Source: Nitrospirales bacterium
GTDB lineage: Bacteria > Nitrospirota > Nitrospiria > Nitrospirales > UBA8639
Length of the DNA stretch: 64,000 nucleotides
Direction: 5' to 3'
NCBI GenBank assembly: GCA_965203295.1
Contig: CBDBCZ010000016.1
Span: 384,001 to 448,000 of the forward strand
Every line of letters starts with the position of its first letter. Positions within the stretch are counted from its first letter, which is position 1. A model generated the notes under the pieces. The model did no database searches, had not been told where the DNA came from, and saw only the letters and a list, made by a program, of their open reading frames with translations. Positions 23,650 through 38,437 of the stretch are shown here, piece by piece. Position numbers and translations under genes: made by a program.

Positions 23650-26600
23650 CCGTGCTACTGCAAGTGGCTCAGGGGCCTTGCCACTCTTTGAGATGCGGTT
23701 GTGGGCTTCAACTGCGTTTGTTGTGTCAGGAAGGAAGGAGAATCGGTCTGGTGCCATACTGGCAAAAACTGGCGATAGCATGGCTATGGGGAAGATTCGG
23801 TAGTAGGTAATTAAATGAGCAGGGTCATGTGACTCGTGTGATTTTACATGCTTATGTCCATGTAGTTAATGTCAACTTTTAATACAGAACTTGACATGGG
23901 AAGTTGTGTTGTAACATACCCATATGCTTTTGTCGTGTCCACCATCCACACCATGCCTCAGCCATCAGCCAGTCCTTGTTGCTTGTCTTCGGTGGGACGT
24001 CGTGCAAGACCTTCTGGCTAGGAAGCAAGACAGCAGCATCCCGAACAGGCTTCGCACCTTTCATGACGTCAAATAATGTCTCGACAGCCTCTTTGCTTTC
24101 CATCTTTGGAATGTTGTAGCCGATGCATTCAAATGCCTGACGCAAGATGGTTGTTTTGCAAACACGCTTTGCCAGCCTCTTCACCGAACGCATGTAGTGA
24201 ACCTAATACACAATGATGATTGACATGAATTGTATAGGAAAGCTTGATGCTAATCACACTTTACCTGGCATCCCTTGCAGACAGCTGCCGCAACGTCTTC
24301 CCCCAGCACCACTCCAAGAGCATTTCTTTGGGTATCGAACCAGTCTGCTACAATTCCTTGGAGACTGACACCTACTTTGAAAGTGGGATGTCTGCTGTGA
24401 ACTGTATCAAACATCACCCTGAAGATCTGCTCATAGGCTTCCTGCGTGATTCTGCTGGTCAGGGCTCGGGCAACAACAATCTCTAAATGTCATACGAGAG
24501 ATTATAACTACGAGTAGCTACCTGCATAGTGTCAAATTACATTTTAGCTGTTAACATCAATATGTTAGCTTACATTTGCAGGTGGAGTAGTCAAATGTGA
24601 CGATGTTGAGTAGGTACGGTAGCTCTGCTGATACCCCAAAGGTGACATCAGGCTCAATAAAATCAGCACGGCTGAATTTCTCAGACATCCAGGGGCTCAT
24701 GAAGACGACATACGTCAAATCCGAGGTGAGGTAGTGGCGTAGAAGGTAGGGCCTACCACAGTGCTGATATTCATCCATATGCTCAGCTAAAGAAGGTAAA
24801 AGGGGACACATATGTAAACTAGCTGAGTCATATATTCACATACAGTACACGTACATACCTTCGTGACTTCCAGCAGCTAGTCTCATCTGTTTATCGTGCT
24901 TTGTGGCTTGCTTCTCGAACTCAAGGATGCAGGCTATGCTTGGACCATTCTGACCACTTTGTCTCAAGGCAGAGTTCCGAACGTGCTTGACCTTGCTTTT
25001 GCTAGCCGCTGCCAAGGAAACTGCACTCGGAATGTACCCGATTCCTCTCCCTGTAAAATAGGGACAATCTTAAGTATAGTAGTCTCGTACCCAGGCCTTC
25101 CGAAAATAAACGGGGAATTATTCACTACACTCACCTTCCACAAGGTCACTAGTCTTAAGGTGAGGGTTCTCAGTGACAGCATTCTGTATGTCAGTCAGTA
25201 TCTTGCGGGGGATCTTGCTACCAGGAGGTGTAGGGTGACTGTGGATGTTTGCACCCTTCATGATTTCCTTGCTCGTCCTGACAAACCCTGTTTGCCATCT
25301 TCTGTTATCTGTATCATCAGTAGGTTTGACGTACAGAAACTCCACTGGGCATTCACCAGAACAAACTAAGGGGAGCTTGGGATGATCTGGACAGGGTCGG
25401 TTTTCCCTCGTAGAAGTGACATACCCACACCCTTGAGCATGACTGCCACACAGCTTTACGCCTCGGCATGGAGCAATACGATATGTGACATCCAGCGAAG
25501 ACTCATCACCAAAAGAAATGGTAATTTGCTGTGGATTCCGGGGTTTCCCCTTACCGAACTGAATGTCGTAGTAGAGAAAATCGGTCTCATTTGGAGTGAA
25601 CATTCCAAGCTGGCTAATGTCAGCACAGTAGCCAAGTCGCTTTGGGTACTCCTCTGTGAAGATACCTAGATAATAAGGAACACATTTTCTCAGACCTATT
25701 TTAATTACATGGAACGAGAACAGCATGCAACTGTGCATACATATACACATATAGACCATTCTATCTCACCAGGATACTGGTAATCCTCACTGCCCTTGAT
25801 TTCAAACCAGAAATTGGGGTTGGAGAGGAGGTCTCGAATCATGGGCAGAGCTTGACACCCTTTGCTGTTTCTCTTCTTTGGTGCTGATGCTGAAGATTCG
25901 ATAACAGGCACACTCTTGGAGAATGCCTTCAGCGGTGGAAGTAGCACTGGCGATGGGTCTTGGAGGAATGCATCTGCACGGGAACTTGGAGTGAAGACAT
26001 TCATCGCTGTAGCCTTTTTAAGGCTTTCCCCTGCTCCATGAATCATTTCTCTCTCCAGTAGCCCAACCATCCAGGAGGCTCGGAGAAGCTTGCGCCATCC
26101 TTCCAAGCTCAAGTTGAAGTGAGTTCCGATTCCATGAGTTGAGGAGTTAGGAGTTGTCTCGAGAATCTTCTGGACAGCGTCACTTCTTGATCCACGGATC
26201 CACTCTGAGAGCTAAGGAAAGCAATGTTCAGAAGTGATGTTTTATGAACTGCTATATAACGACTAAAAGAGGCCATGGGCAATGTGTGAATCCTATAGCC
26301 AACATAGAAGTGTATTATGGAGAGTGGTACCTTCCGCTCTCCGTAATTTGGGATCTCCTGAACCACCCGGACGATAGCGGACACTTCCTTTTGGTAGTCA
26401 GCCACCTCACAGACATTGCTGCAAACATTACAGCATCCATTTTCAGCAGTGACAGTGCTAGGGTTTTCCCCTAGGTACTCCAGAAACACACTTCTGCGAC
26501 ACATCTTCCCTTCATGGGCTAGTGCAAACCTAGGTATGCACGTGCACAGAGACAACTCTATAAACACAGGATTTTGTATTCTGACATGCACGTGCACTGA

Positions 26601-27777
26601 GACAACTCCATAAACACTTAATTTTGTACAACGTATGTATAGCATTCTGACATAGGAATGAGCAAGTCGAGTAATAGCTAGTCACCTCCACGATTCCTGG
26701 AAAGGTCGAAGAACCTGCTGTCTCCCTGAGCTCTTTATCCAGAAATCTGCATGCTGAAGTTCAGCTTCACTGTACAACAGGATACCTATTACATACCAAA
26801 ACACAAAATCCAGTCATAAAATGTCAAATGCTTACAACTAACAGCAGACTTTCATACTACACCTAATTAGAGCACACTTCATAACTGTTGCTCCTAGAAC
26901 CCAGACAATCTGTAGCTATTGCTACAAGTTGCTGATTTGTACCCTTTGCAGCTCTCCCATCTCTGCCAGCTCGGCCAAACTGCTATATCAGCTCTTCCAG
27001 TGTGGGAGGGACTCCAATGCGGACAACAACTTCAATGTCTGGTTGATTCACTCCCAGCCCAAAGGCTTTCGTCGCTACCATGACTTGGATTAGCCCTTCT
27101 CTCCAACTCTTGATCTTTGTCGTGCCCAGAAAGACCCCTTCCACAGAAACTGGTAGGTGGCAGCAATACCCTTCGCGCACAGGTCCTCGGTCTGGTCGTG
27201 AATCAGGCTCAAGGTAGGGGATACAATCACAGCTGTCCCTCCAGTGACAAACGGTGGAAACTGGTAGCACAGGCTCTTGCCCGTGGGTTGGACCACAATT
27301 GTGTTAGCTCCCTGCAGCACTGCCTTCACAACATCCTCTTGCCAGCTCCTGAAGCTTACGTGGCCAAAGTTCTTTGCTAGAATTTCCGTTAGCTGTGCTG
27401 AATCATACTGCTTTCCTGGATTTCAAAGTGCATGAAAGAATACACTGATACATTAGATATATATATATATGCAAAGAGTATTAAAGTATGAACTAGTTGT
27501 ATTCTACTACATCTTATGACTTACTGGAACTGCATGTCCTCCCTCCATCTCTCCATGCATGCATATACAAATAATTTAATTCTCACCTCCTACTGAAGTT
27601 GGTCTGTAGGTCAAAGCTTGTGACAACCTGACAACTTGATGATCAGGCAAGCGAGAGTGTCTTCTGGCATTACATTCTTTACAGTAGAATCGACTGCACT
27701 GCTCGCAAAACAAACTAGCTGTCCCCAGGCACACAGCACACAGCACAAGATCCTTCATCTTGGTCCTCTCCTTCCAT
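23650..27777 (-). pseudogene. Element A gene: B-box, RecQ helicase, RQC/winged helix, GCM-like Zn domain, Mutator-type DDE transposase
   Basis: Phase-compatible GT-AG exons 27777-27587, 27415-26943, 26785-26686, 26529-26331, 26211-25770, 25665-25135, 25050-24859, 24786-24574, 24482-24265, 24202-23920 and 23783-~23650. Motifs FRSWQ, QPTGKSLCYQ, SPTLSLIHDQ, ATKAFGLGVN, GRAGRDG, CRR..CCNVC, CRGVKLC...HSHP, IEPDVT, GIVADW, GCQVH, TNAVEAHNR. Lesions: 7-bp duplication in exon 1, loss of the DEAH region, nonsense codons. Confidence 0.85.
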
Positions 27778-28139
27778 TTTGCAAGATGAAATAAAGTAAT
27801 AACACTTCAACTATAGGTGCTAAGAAGGTGTACCAAGAGCAGATAAAGGAATGGCTTTGTACTTCGGAGGCTCCAGCCTCAACGTGACAGTGTGTTTAGC
27901 CTTCAGCCCCGCCCACTGACAGCAGGTTCAAAGGTTAATAAATAGTCACGTGCATTTTATGGCGCGGTTTCCCAGGTAACTATGATGGAATGCATTACCC
28001 CTCAGTCTTCTTACCTGCTCGCTGACAAAGACGTCTGATATTCTTGTCCGCCATTATACAGCTGAGTGGCGCAAAGACAACTGCGTACAACTACCGTGCC
28101 TAGTGGAGAAGAAAGGCAAACACCTTTGCGAAGTCTGAA

Positions 28140-29350
28140 ATGGCCGAAGACAGCGGCGAAGATCGCATATGCTTGGACGCTCTCTCGGAGGAAGATCTTA
28201 GCCAGATCGCTACGAATGAAAGGTATAAACAGCTCCTGGCCCATCCATTACCCTTCCAGGGGATGGAAAAGAGGGGAAGAGTGTTGACAGCACCCCCCAG
28301 AGCAAGTCTGCTGCTGACCCCAGCAGAATTCAAGTAGTTGGGGCTGACCACCCCTCCTGCTCACGAACTGGAGGTACTAGCTCTCTTGACCGAGACAACG
28401 TGCCTCACAGTGAGAATCATGGCCACAATGAGCCATCGAAGGATGACCCCCCTCCGGCTAAGAGGCCAAGGAAAGAAAACCAGGGAGAATACCTGTTTGA
28501 CCCAGTAGAGGTCGGGAGGAAAGATGATGATTTCCATTTTAACCCCCCAGAAGTGGTGAAAAAATACATTGAAAAGTATTTCAGAAGGGTCCTCTCCAAG
28601 CAGGAGAGAGCAGCAATGCTCAAGGCGGACCCAAAGCCGAAGACTCCAGCAGGAGCACCCCCAACGCTGGATGAGCACTTGCAGACCTTCTGGCGCCAGC
28701 GATTAGACCTGAAACAAGATAACGAACTGAAGGATATACAGAACACAGTTTTTTATACTGCCTGTCCTCTGGCAGGTCTATGGTCACAAATTGTGGAGCA
28801 AGATTTAGACAAGGACCCAGAAGCCTTGATTCAAGTTCCAGTTGTCCTAGAAGCACTCCAAAAAGCTTTAGTGCTACTAGGAAATGCAAACGGCTTTATC
28901 AGTGAAAAGAGACGTACCCATATCCTTGAAGCCGTCAACCCCAAGTTGGCCAAGTACGGTAAAGGAGACTTCTCTGAAGCGGGAGAGGTTCTCTTTGGCA
29001 AGAGTTTTGTAGAAAAGTTGATGTCAGAAGTTGAGGCTGACACGGCACTGTACAAGGCTTCCTCTATAGTCAGCAAGGCTGCTATCCAAGACAAGTCCAA
29101 AACAAACCAAGGACAGCAATCTGGGAAGTTTTTTCCAAAGGGCCGGGCTGCTGGGTATGGGAGCGGTTCTGGCCGAGCAGTTTTCAAACCATACCCCAAA
29201 GAATGGAATGCCCCACGCAGAGGAAGGTACCAGCCATATCACCACTCTCCCAGTGTGTTCACTCGACTGGGGCCAAAATATCCAGTGCAACCAAACTCCC
29301 AGTACAAAGGGAAAGGGAAGTTCAACTCCCGAGACGACAAGACTCAGTAG
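28140..29350 (+). CDS. DIRS gag-like ORF1 (main frame 28400-29350; probable frameshift after the ATG at 28140)
   Basis: Position upstream of RT. Motifs ALVLLGNANGFISEKRR and LFG; basic C-terminus. Confidence 0.75.
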
Positions 29351-31431
29351 TACAAACATTTTCAAGCCAGAACCAAGGAAAAGACAACGACCAAGAAACT
29401 TGTCACGCTACAGCGGGAAATTTAAAAAACTATCTCCCGCAATGGGAGGCAATCTCCCAAGATCCTTGGATTTTACAAACAGTTCGAGGGTACAGGATCG
29501 AGTTCCAGGCCCAACCACCACTAGGAACTCGAAAACACGCATTCACAATGAATGCAATACAAGCGGAAGCGATGAGCCAAGAGGTCTTAAAAATGGAAGA
29601 AAAAGGGGCTATCCAAGAGGTGCAGGGTCTGATAGGATTTGTAAGCAACGTATTTTTAGTCCCCAAAAAAGACGGAGGGTGGAGACCCATTATAAATCTG
29701 AAGTCACTCAACAATTTTGTGGCATCAGAGCACTTCAAGATGGAAGACATCAGGGTTATAAAGGACATTCTACAACCCAAAGATTACCTGGCCAAACTCG
29801 ACCTGAAAGACGCGTATTTCGCGGTACCAATAGCCGTAGAGGATCGGAAGTTCCTTCAGTTCGAGTGGGCAGGCAAGATCTTCGAGTTCACTTGCCTGCC
29901 ATTTGGCCTGGCCAGTGCACCTCGTACTTTCACCAAGTTGCTCCGACCAGTTATGTCTCAGATCAGGGAGCAAGGAATCCGATGTCTACTGTATCTGGAC
30001 GACATGCTGGTTCTGGGGAGTACACCAGAAGAACTAACTCAAAACTTCCGGTTCTGCCAAGGGATACTGTCATCGTTGGGATTCACAATCAACTGGAAAA
30101 AGTCGATTGCCGGTCCGACGCAGAAGATAGAGTTCTTGGGCTTCATAATCGAATCGATAGAGATGACTCTTGCAGTTCCATCAGAGAAACTGAAGGGTTT
30201 GCAAGCAGAATGCAGAAAACTAAAGTCAGGTCACATGACAACGGTTCGCACCCTAGCACACGTGAATGGCCTAATGACGTCAGTCTCACTGGCAATCCTA
30301 CCAGCTCCCCTACACTACAGAGGACTACAGTTCCTCAGAAACGAGGCACTGGACCGCCGCCTCTCATACGAGTCTTCAATTGCGCTAAGCAAAGAAGCCA
30401 TAGAGGATCTGGAGTGGTGGTGCAGCAATCTGAAGCAGTGGAATGGACATATGATTCAGCAACCGAGCCCTCAGGTATTTCTAGAGACAGATGCCTCAGA
30501 CTTCGGTTGGGGAGTAGCCTGTCCAACTCTGGGACAGAAATCGGGGGGCCACTGGAGCCAGGAAGAGTCCAAACTCCACATAAATTGCAAGGAGCTGTTG
30601 GCAGCCTGGCTGGGACTTCAAGCCTTTGTTTCCAACATCAAGAAAGCCCACATCCACATAAAGATGGACAACACTTGTGCTGTGGCATACCTCAATCGCA
30701 AAGGAGGAGTCCATTCAAAACCACTATGTAAAGTGGCACTGAGCCTCTGGCAGTGGTGCCTGGACCGTCAACTGACAGTATCAGCCGAGCACCTGCCAGG
30801 GATAGAGACTATTCAGGCAGATACAGAGTCACGACGCAAGCTAGACTCTTCAGAATGGGAGCTCGATCAGGAAGTCTTTCTCAAACTAATGAGACTGAGG
30901 GGGAGTCACGAAGTCGACCTGTTTGCCTCTCGCCTGTCCACAAAACTGCCTCGATATTACAGCTGGAGACCCGATCCAGGTGCCGAAGCAGTGAATGCAC
31001 TAACCCAGAATTGGACGATCATTCGGGGGTATGCTTTCCCACCGTTCTGTTTGATAGGGAGATGCCTAACCAAGATTCAGACAGAGGGGGTTCCCCATGT
31101 CCTTCTGATTACTCCTCTGTGGAAGTCACAACCTTGGTTCCCAATACTTACAAGTATGGTAGCCGATATCCCAGTACTCCTCCCAATGTCCCAGAACATT
31201 CTGAAGAACCCCAGAGGAGAGTTACATCCTCTGGCTGTTCAAGGCCATCTCCAATTAGCCGCGTGGAGTGTCTCCGGAATTCCCTCCAAAGTAGAGGCCT
31301 TTCAGAAGAAGCTATCTCGATCTTCTGCGCCTCTTGGAGAACCAATACGGAATCAGCCTACTCCAGTGCCTGGAAGATATGGTGGCGTTGGTGTACCCAA
31401 CATGGCCTCAATCCCCTTTCAGCATCTATAG
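29203..31431 (+). CDS. DIRS reverse transcriptase / RNase H / adenine-methyltransferase-like ORF
   Basis: FLVPKKDGGWRPIINLK, LDLKDAY, LPFGL, YLDD, TDAS, HINCKEL, MDN, VDLFAS, YAFPPF. Confidence 0.95.
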   Translation: MECPTQRKVPAISPLSQCVHSTGAKISSATKLPVQREREVQLPRRQDSVVQTFSSQNQGKDNDQETCHATAGNLKNYLPQWEAISQDPWILQTVRGYRIEFQAQPPLGTRKHAFTMNAIQAEAMSQEVLKMEEKGAIQEVQGLIGFVSNVFLVPKKDGGWRPIINLKSLNNFVASEHFKMEDIRVIKDILQPKDYLAKLDLKDAYFAVPIAVEDRKFLQFEWAGKIFEFTCLPFGLASAPRTFTKLLRPVMSQIREQGIRCLLYLDDMLVLGSTPEELTQNFRFCQGILSSLGFTINWKKSIAGPTQKIEFLGFIIESIEMTLAVPSEKLKGLQAECRKLKSGHMTTVRTLAHVNGLMTSVSLAILPAPLHYRGLQFLRNEALDRRLSYESSIALSKEAIEDLEWWCSNLKQWNGHMIQQPSPQVFLETDASDFGWGVACPTLGQKSGGHWSQEESKLHINCKELLAAWLGLQAFVSNIKKAHIHIKMDNTCAVAYLNRKGGVHSKPLCKVALSLWQWCLDRQLTVSAEHLPGIETIQADTESRRKLDSSEWELDQEVFLKLMRLRGSHEVDLFASRLSTKLPRYYSWRPDPGAEAVNALTQNWTIIRGYAFPPFCLIGRCLTKIQTEGVPHVLLITPLWKSQPWFPILTSMVADIPVLLPMSQNILKNPRGELHPLAVQGHLQLAAWSVSGIPSKVEAFQKKLSRSSAPLGEPIRNQPTPVPGRYGGVGVPNMASIPFQHL

Positions 31432-32150
31432 CGAGTTTCTCAAAGATGAATTCCTTTTGGGGAAGGAATATCGTACCTTGAATGGATACAGATCAGCTAT
31501 CTCAGGAACGCACTTACCAATCGAGGGCTATCAAGTGGGAAAACATCCACTAATAGCTCGTCTCTTCAAGGGTATTTTTCACCTCCGACCTTCACAACCT
31601 AGATACACTGGAAGGTGGAAAGTCGAAACAGTTCTGAACTATATCACCTCTCTAGGCCTTACGTCAACATTGTCATTGCGATGTTTAACTCACAAATTAG
31701 CAATGTTGATGGCATTGGCCAATGCCAATAGGGCTTTGATCTCCATGCCCTGGATACCAGGTATGTCACATTCGATCCAAGGGAGCACTTTTTCGCTTGG
31801 CTGATTTAACCAAGACTACACGACCTGGGAAACAAAGGGTGACTTCCTTTTATTCCTATTTTGATGACAACCCCACTCTGTGCCCGGTGAGGACACTGAA
31901 GCATTATCTGCAAGTCACAACTCCATTCAGGGAGAAATCAGAGTCTAACAGGAATGGACTCTTTCTGTCGGTGGTGAAGCCACACCTGCCTGTGACCTCG
32001 GCTACCATAGCACGGTGCATGGATACGGGACCTTTTGAGATGTGCTGGGGTGTCGCCCTTCGAGAAGGGTATATCTGTGGCAGAAATTCTGAGGACTGCA
32101 GACTGGTCTGCTGAATCCACATTTAGACGTTTTTATTATAAACCAGAATC
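31270..32150 (+). pseudogene. DIRS tyrosine recombinase, frameshifted and lacking HxxR
   Basis: Pieces across three frames: ASWRTNTESAYSSAWKIW, YRSAISGTH, LCPVRTL, and ADWSAESTFRRFYYKP. WIRDLLRCAGV abuts the last piece with no HSTR segment. Confidence 0.85.
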
Positions 32151-33388
32151 TTGAAATTCTGGATTTGCACATGCTGTATTGAGCCAAAAGTCTCAGTGAT
32201 TCTTTCTGTCTTACAAAAGAAATTTCTTTTGTTTCAATGCCATAAAGGCACCGTATGCATGCAGGCATGCTTAATTCTTATGTAAATATTCTCTAAAGTG
32301 AGAACCAGTCAGGCATTATTAACATGTCGGAAAACTCACTGTATATAAATTGCTTTGAACAACACACTGTCATGTTGAGGCTGGAGCCTCCGAAGTACAA
32401 TTGGAGATTTTGCCAGGGTCCGCAGGACCTGCAGTGAGGTCTTAATTGTATGAGGAGGTGGAAGCCGATACATGACAGTGTCCCTCCCAACAGAGCTCTT
32501 ATCACGTCTGTTTATCCCCCCTCCTATGCAGTCATCTGAAGCTCACAGGAAAGAAGACTGAGGGGTAATGCATTCCATCATAGTTACCTGGGAAACCGCG
32601 CCATAAAATGCACGTGACTATTTATTAACCTTTGAACCTGCTGTCAGTGGGCGGGGCTGAAGGCTAAACACACTGTCATGTATCGGCTTCCACCTCCTCA
32701 TACAATTAAGACCTCACTGCAGGTCCTGCGGACCCTGGCAAAATCTCCAAGTGTAGATAGTTGCATGAGCAGAAATTACTTAATTCAGAAATCCACTGCT
32801 GCCTTCAATTAACCACAATTGCACGGCTTCCTGCAGCTGCCTATATAGCTCCTGACATGACTGCTCCACGTTCAATTTTTTTTTATGATGTAAGACTTAT
32901 TATTGTTCAATAATTAAAAAGTGCAATGTACATGCAAGTGCACTGCCATGCAATGTCTGGACGGTCACTCTTGATTCCCTCCCATTAGTAGGGAAAATTC
33001 AGTGGGGGGTCACTGTTTATCCCCTCCCCCTGCCATAAGTAGGGGACGCGGAGTGGGGGGGCCACTGCGCATTCCCTACAGTACTAGTAGGGAAAGCGGA
33101 GTGGGGGGGCCATTGCGCGCTCCCTTCTGTATGCGAAGGGGAAGCGGAGTGGGATAAATTACAAAATAATGTAAAGTTATTAAAACCCTTTCGGGGGTCA
33201 AGTGTTGCAATTATTATTTATTATTATTTTTATGGTACTGCACTGTCAGATTGCAGTTCAATTATTAGCTTCGCCCATGTTTTATGTTTTACTGCCAGGT
33301 TGGAGATAATTTGTGAGCTAAATGGACCTACTAGTTTTATAAATTTTTAAATTCTAACTAAAGCACATCAGTCATCCTGGCGTCGGTG

Positions 33389-34224
33389 ATGCAGACGTCT
33401 CGGGGTGCAAGGGCGGCCGCGGTGGTCTTGTGCGTTTGGTGTTTGCTGTGTTGCGGCAGGGTCGCTGCTGGGAAGGGTGGAGACCTGGACGTAAGCTGCG
33501 ATGAGCTCTGTTATACGGCTTGCAAGTGATGTAATCTGTTTCCATCCAACAGACCTGCATGCGGCTCTACGGTGGAAGCAGTGACTCAGTTCCAGACGTC
33601 CTCTACTACCGGACCACGCCCCCCAATGGCTCTGAGGGCATGCAGTATGCCTGGAGCACGGTCGGGGCCCCCACTCTCTTCTTCTCACACGGCCCAGTCC
33701 CCCCGTACTGCAACTCCAGCGTGCTGTCAATCAACTCAGAGGAGTACCGGGAAGACCAGGCTTACCACTCCGTCAACATCTCTGGAACTGACGGAGCGTT
33801 TGCCATGGCCGTCGTGCTCAATAGACTGATTGAGTTTAATGTGACAAAGCGCTTCAAGAGTGCTGATGGGTTCGACCCCGCCAAAGCCTTCAACGATAGC
33901 TCGGGGTATAGCAGCTACTATCTGAACGACACGTGGTCCTTCTCGAACAAGAGCCTGGTGTTTCAGTTGGAGGACAACTCAAACCAAAGCAACTTCACCG
34001 ATAAACCCTTTAAATTCTCCATCCGAGTAAGATCATAACTGATTTGAGCTAGTGAGTTGCCTCTTGTGACCTCCTCCCTCCTCTCTCCTCTCTCCTCTCT
34101 CAGGCAACGTTCCCTACCAGGGCGGCTAAGCAGCGGCTGCGCTACTTCCCTAAAATCCTCTATACTGAGAACTCCACCACCTTTGACCTCATTGTTGAGA
34201 ACTACCCCTACACGATGACCCCGA
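33389..34224 (+). pseudogene. GLMP: 5' half of GLMP/NCU-G1, 3'-truncated
   Basis: Exon 33389-33490 (signal peptide MQTSRGARAAAVVLCVWCLLCCG), exon 33553-34026 (QYAWSTVGAPTL, LNRLIEF, many NxS/T sites), exon 34104-~34224 (RYFPKILYTENSTTFD) that breaks into a TG-rich tract. Confidence 0.75.
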
Positions 34225-34382
34225 GTGCGTGTGCATGTGCGTGTGCGTGTCTTTGGGTGTATGCGATCAAAAGAAAGGTTCCTTTAAAACGACACAGTTA
34301 ATGCGAGATCTAAGAGTTGATATTTCCCCGTTTCAGCAGCAGTTCTGAAAGAGTAGTCCCCATTCCATTCCAGTCCACTGAC

Positions 34383-36275
<1,893 letters not shown>

Positions 36276-37916
36276 CTGAAGGAAGAGGGGGGGAGGGGTT
36301 GCGAGGGAGGGGAGGAGAGGAGAGGGGAGGGTGAGGAGAGGGGAGGAGAGGATAGGGGAGGGATGAGAGGTCATAGGAGAGTGTGAGGAGGCAAGAAAAG
36401 GAGGGAGATATCACTTCAAAAAAGAAGGTATGGGTTCGAAATATACTGAGACGATTAACTTGCAAAACTCAAGTTTGGGAACCTACTACTCTACTGGGAT
36501 GAGGTGTGAACCAACTCTATAAAGCTGCTGATCAAAGTCACTCACTCTCTACCCAAATGATATAATTGCCAATACTCACATGAAAGGCAAATTTAAGCCA
36601 TCACATGACTGAGAGTAGCACAGCCTTTACGATTAGTTATCATAACATTTCCTCTTGACACGCTGCAGTCTGACCATGAATCTGGTTGGACATTCCTGAG
36701 GTTCATGCAAGCACTGGTCATGCAGCCATTATGCTACCTACATGTATATAGCCTGAGAATGACGTTACGGGCTGTCATATTAAGTATTGTCGTACAGAAG
36801 TTTATAAATGGGAAACTGTCACACACACAATCATACTGCAGTATTGGCATAATTACATGTACACGTATGTCAAATGCTTGATTCTAAGAGTGCTTTGTGA
36901 GCGTGTGCATGTGTGCATGAATCAGTGGCCAGTATAGGTACCAGTAACACAGTGTGTGGCTCAAGGGAGTTCATTAAGACTGCATGCGGTAAAAAATGCG
37001 ACCAATGCAGACGGTTGTGGGTTCAGTTGCAGAGGGAGTGCTTTAAGAATGCGGAAAACATTAGCGAATTTGCTGACTAGTTTCGCATTGTTGACCAAGC
37101 ATTAGGAAACCCATTAGTGCTGGTCAATGGTAATAGGTTTTCCTCATTCTTATTTGGTCAAGAATGCGAGACTAATGCAAACTATAATTAATTTGCATAA
37201 CAGCATTAAATTTCTAGAGTTCCTGCCCCATGACATCATTGGTATTTTATAGACAGTAGCTCTTCAGATGGAGTAAGTTTTCACATCATCTATCAGCACC
37301 ATTGCACACACACCACAGCTACTAGCACTGCCACCTCGCTCGCACTCCATGACAGCTACTGAATGAAAAATCTTACATTCCAACCCCCTGTTCTGAATCT
37401 AGGTTAAAGCCAAGTCAATGGCAAAGCCATTGCTCATGGCTCATTTTGCAGACAGGATGGGGCATTGGCCGAGGGAAGCTGCTGCATTCCGAGGCAAGCG
37501 GCTGGAGAAGGCTCTGTCAGAAAGGGTGTCTAGCTAGAGTCTCTGGCAAGGACAGAAGGCAACAGAGCTGAGCTGCGGTTTCTCCCACTTGTGTGAGCGC
37601 TAGAAGGCAGACGGCACATTCGAGCACGTGAGTTTAACTATAGTTAAACTCACGTGCTCGAATGTGCATACATGTACACATGTAGCTAGCTACAATGTAG
37701 CTACATGTCACTTCTTCTGACAGCTTGCCTGTGATTGGCCCCTACATGAAAGAGTACCACAATGCATTCAAACGATGCGAGCGTGAGTTAGTTAGAGATG
37801 TAGGTGTGAACATGATGAGTGATAACCTCTCCAGCAGGTGAGCGTCAATTAGAGATGTCTAGGCCCGTGTCTAATGCGACTGTAGAATATTCGGGCAGGA
37901 AGCCATAGTAGGGATA

Positions 37917-38272
37917 CCTTAAGGTGACTATTGTTTGAGGGTACTAATTCAGCGTAAATTAGCGATTTTGAAAAATTCGCTATTTGTAGGCCTGCAAAAA
38001 TTATTCATGTGTGAACAAGCTATGCACACTTAAATTAACGTCCATGCATACTTACAGTGCCCACTTTTTTACACACGTATACCAATACAGTACACACTTG
38101 TACAAACTGCGTAGTTGTATTTCACGTAGTATTGCGACACGGTGTTTTAAATCACCACCCTCCGAATCCACTATATGTCCAATCTGTTGTCATGCACTTC
38201 AAACAGGAGCGCACAATGACGTAAGAAAAAGGTCATTATGCGCTCCTGCTTCAAATAATAGTCACCTTATGG
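37917..38272. mobile_element. TA-inserting MITE
   Basis: TIRs ccttaaggtgactatt / aatagtcaccttatgg, TA duplication. Empty site in the paralogous segment at ~58271-58290 (gtaaggata|agtggcagta). Confidence 0.85.
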
Positions 38273-38437
38273 TAAGTGGCAGTATAAATTATAGGCAAGT
38301 CTTGTATATTATAGCATGTTACAATTAGTAATAACTGCTCCATTGCCACCCAAGTTGCTTTTGACATAGCTTCCATAGAAGCCTCCAAAAATTCAAACAG
38401 TAGTGTAAGTAGTACATGCATGATATATATGTATCAT

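Larger units (their letters stand above)
27857..32750 (+). mobile_element. DIRS1-type tyrosine-recombinase retrotransposon with complete termini
   Basis: Inverted terminal repeats ~27885-28012 and 32551-32679. Internal complementary region 32361-32481 pairs with both outer ends (junction gtacaa|ttggag). Carries gag, RT-RNase H-MT and YR frames. Confidence 0.95.

Noticed and set aside
29157..30731. Novel 524-aa overlapping gene
   Set aside because: Long overlapping frames upstream of the YR domain are normal in DIRS elements, and no independent domain is visible.
30880..31150. Bacterial or phage adenine methyltransferase acquired by HGT
   Set aside because: The DLFAS/FPPF domain after RNase H is a standard part of DIRS elements.
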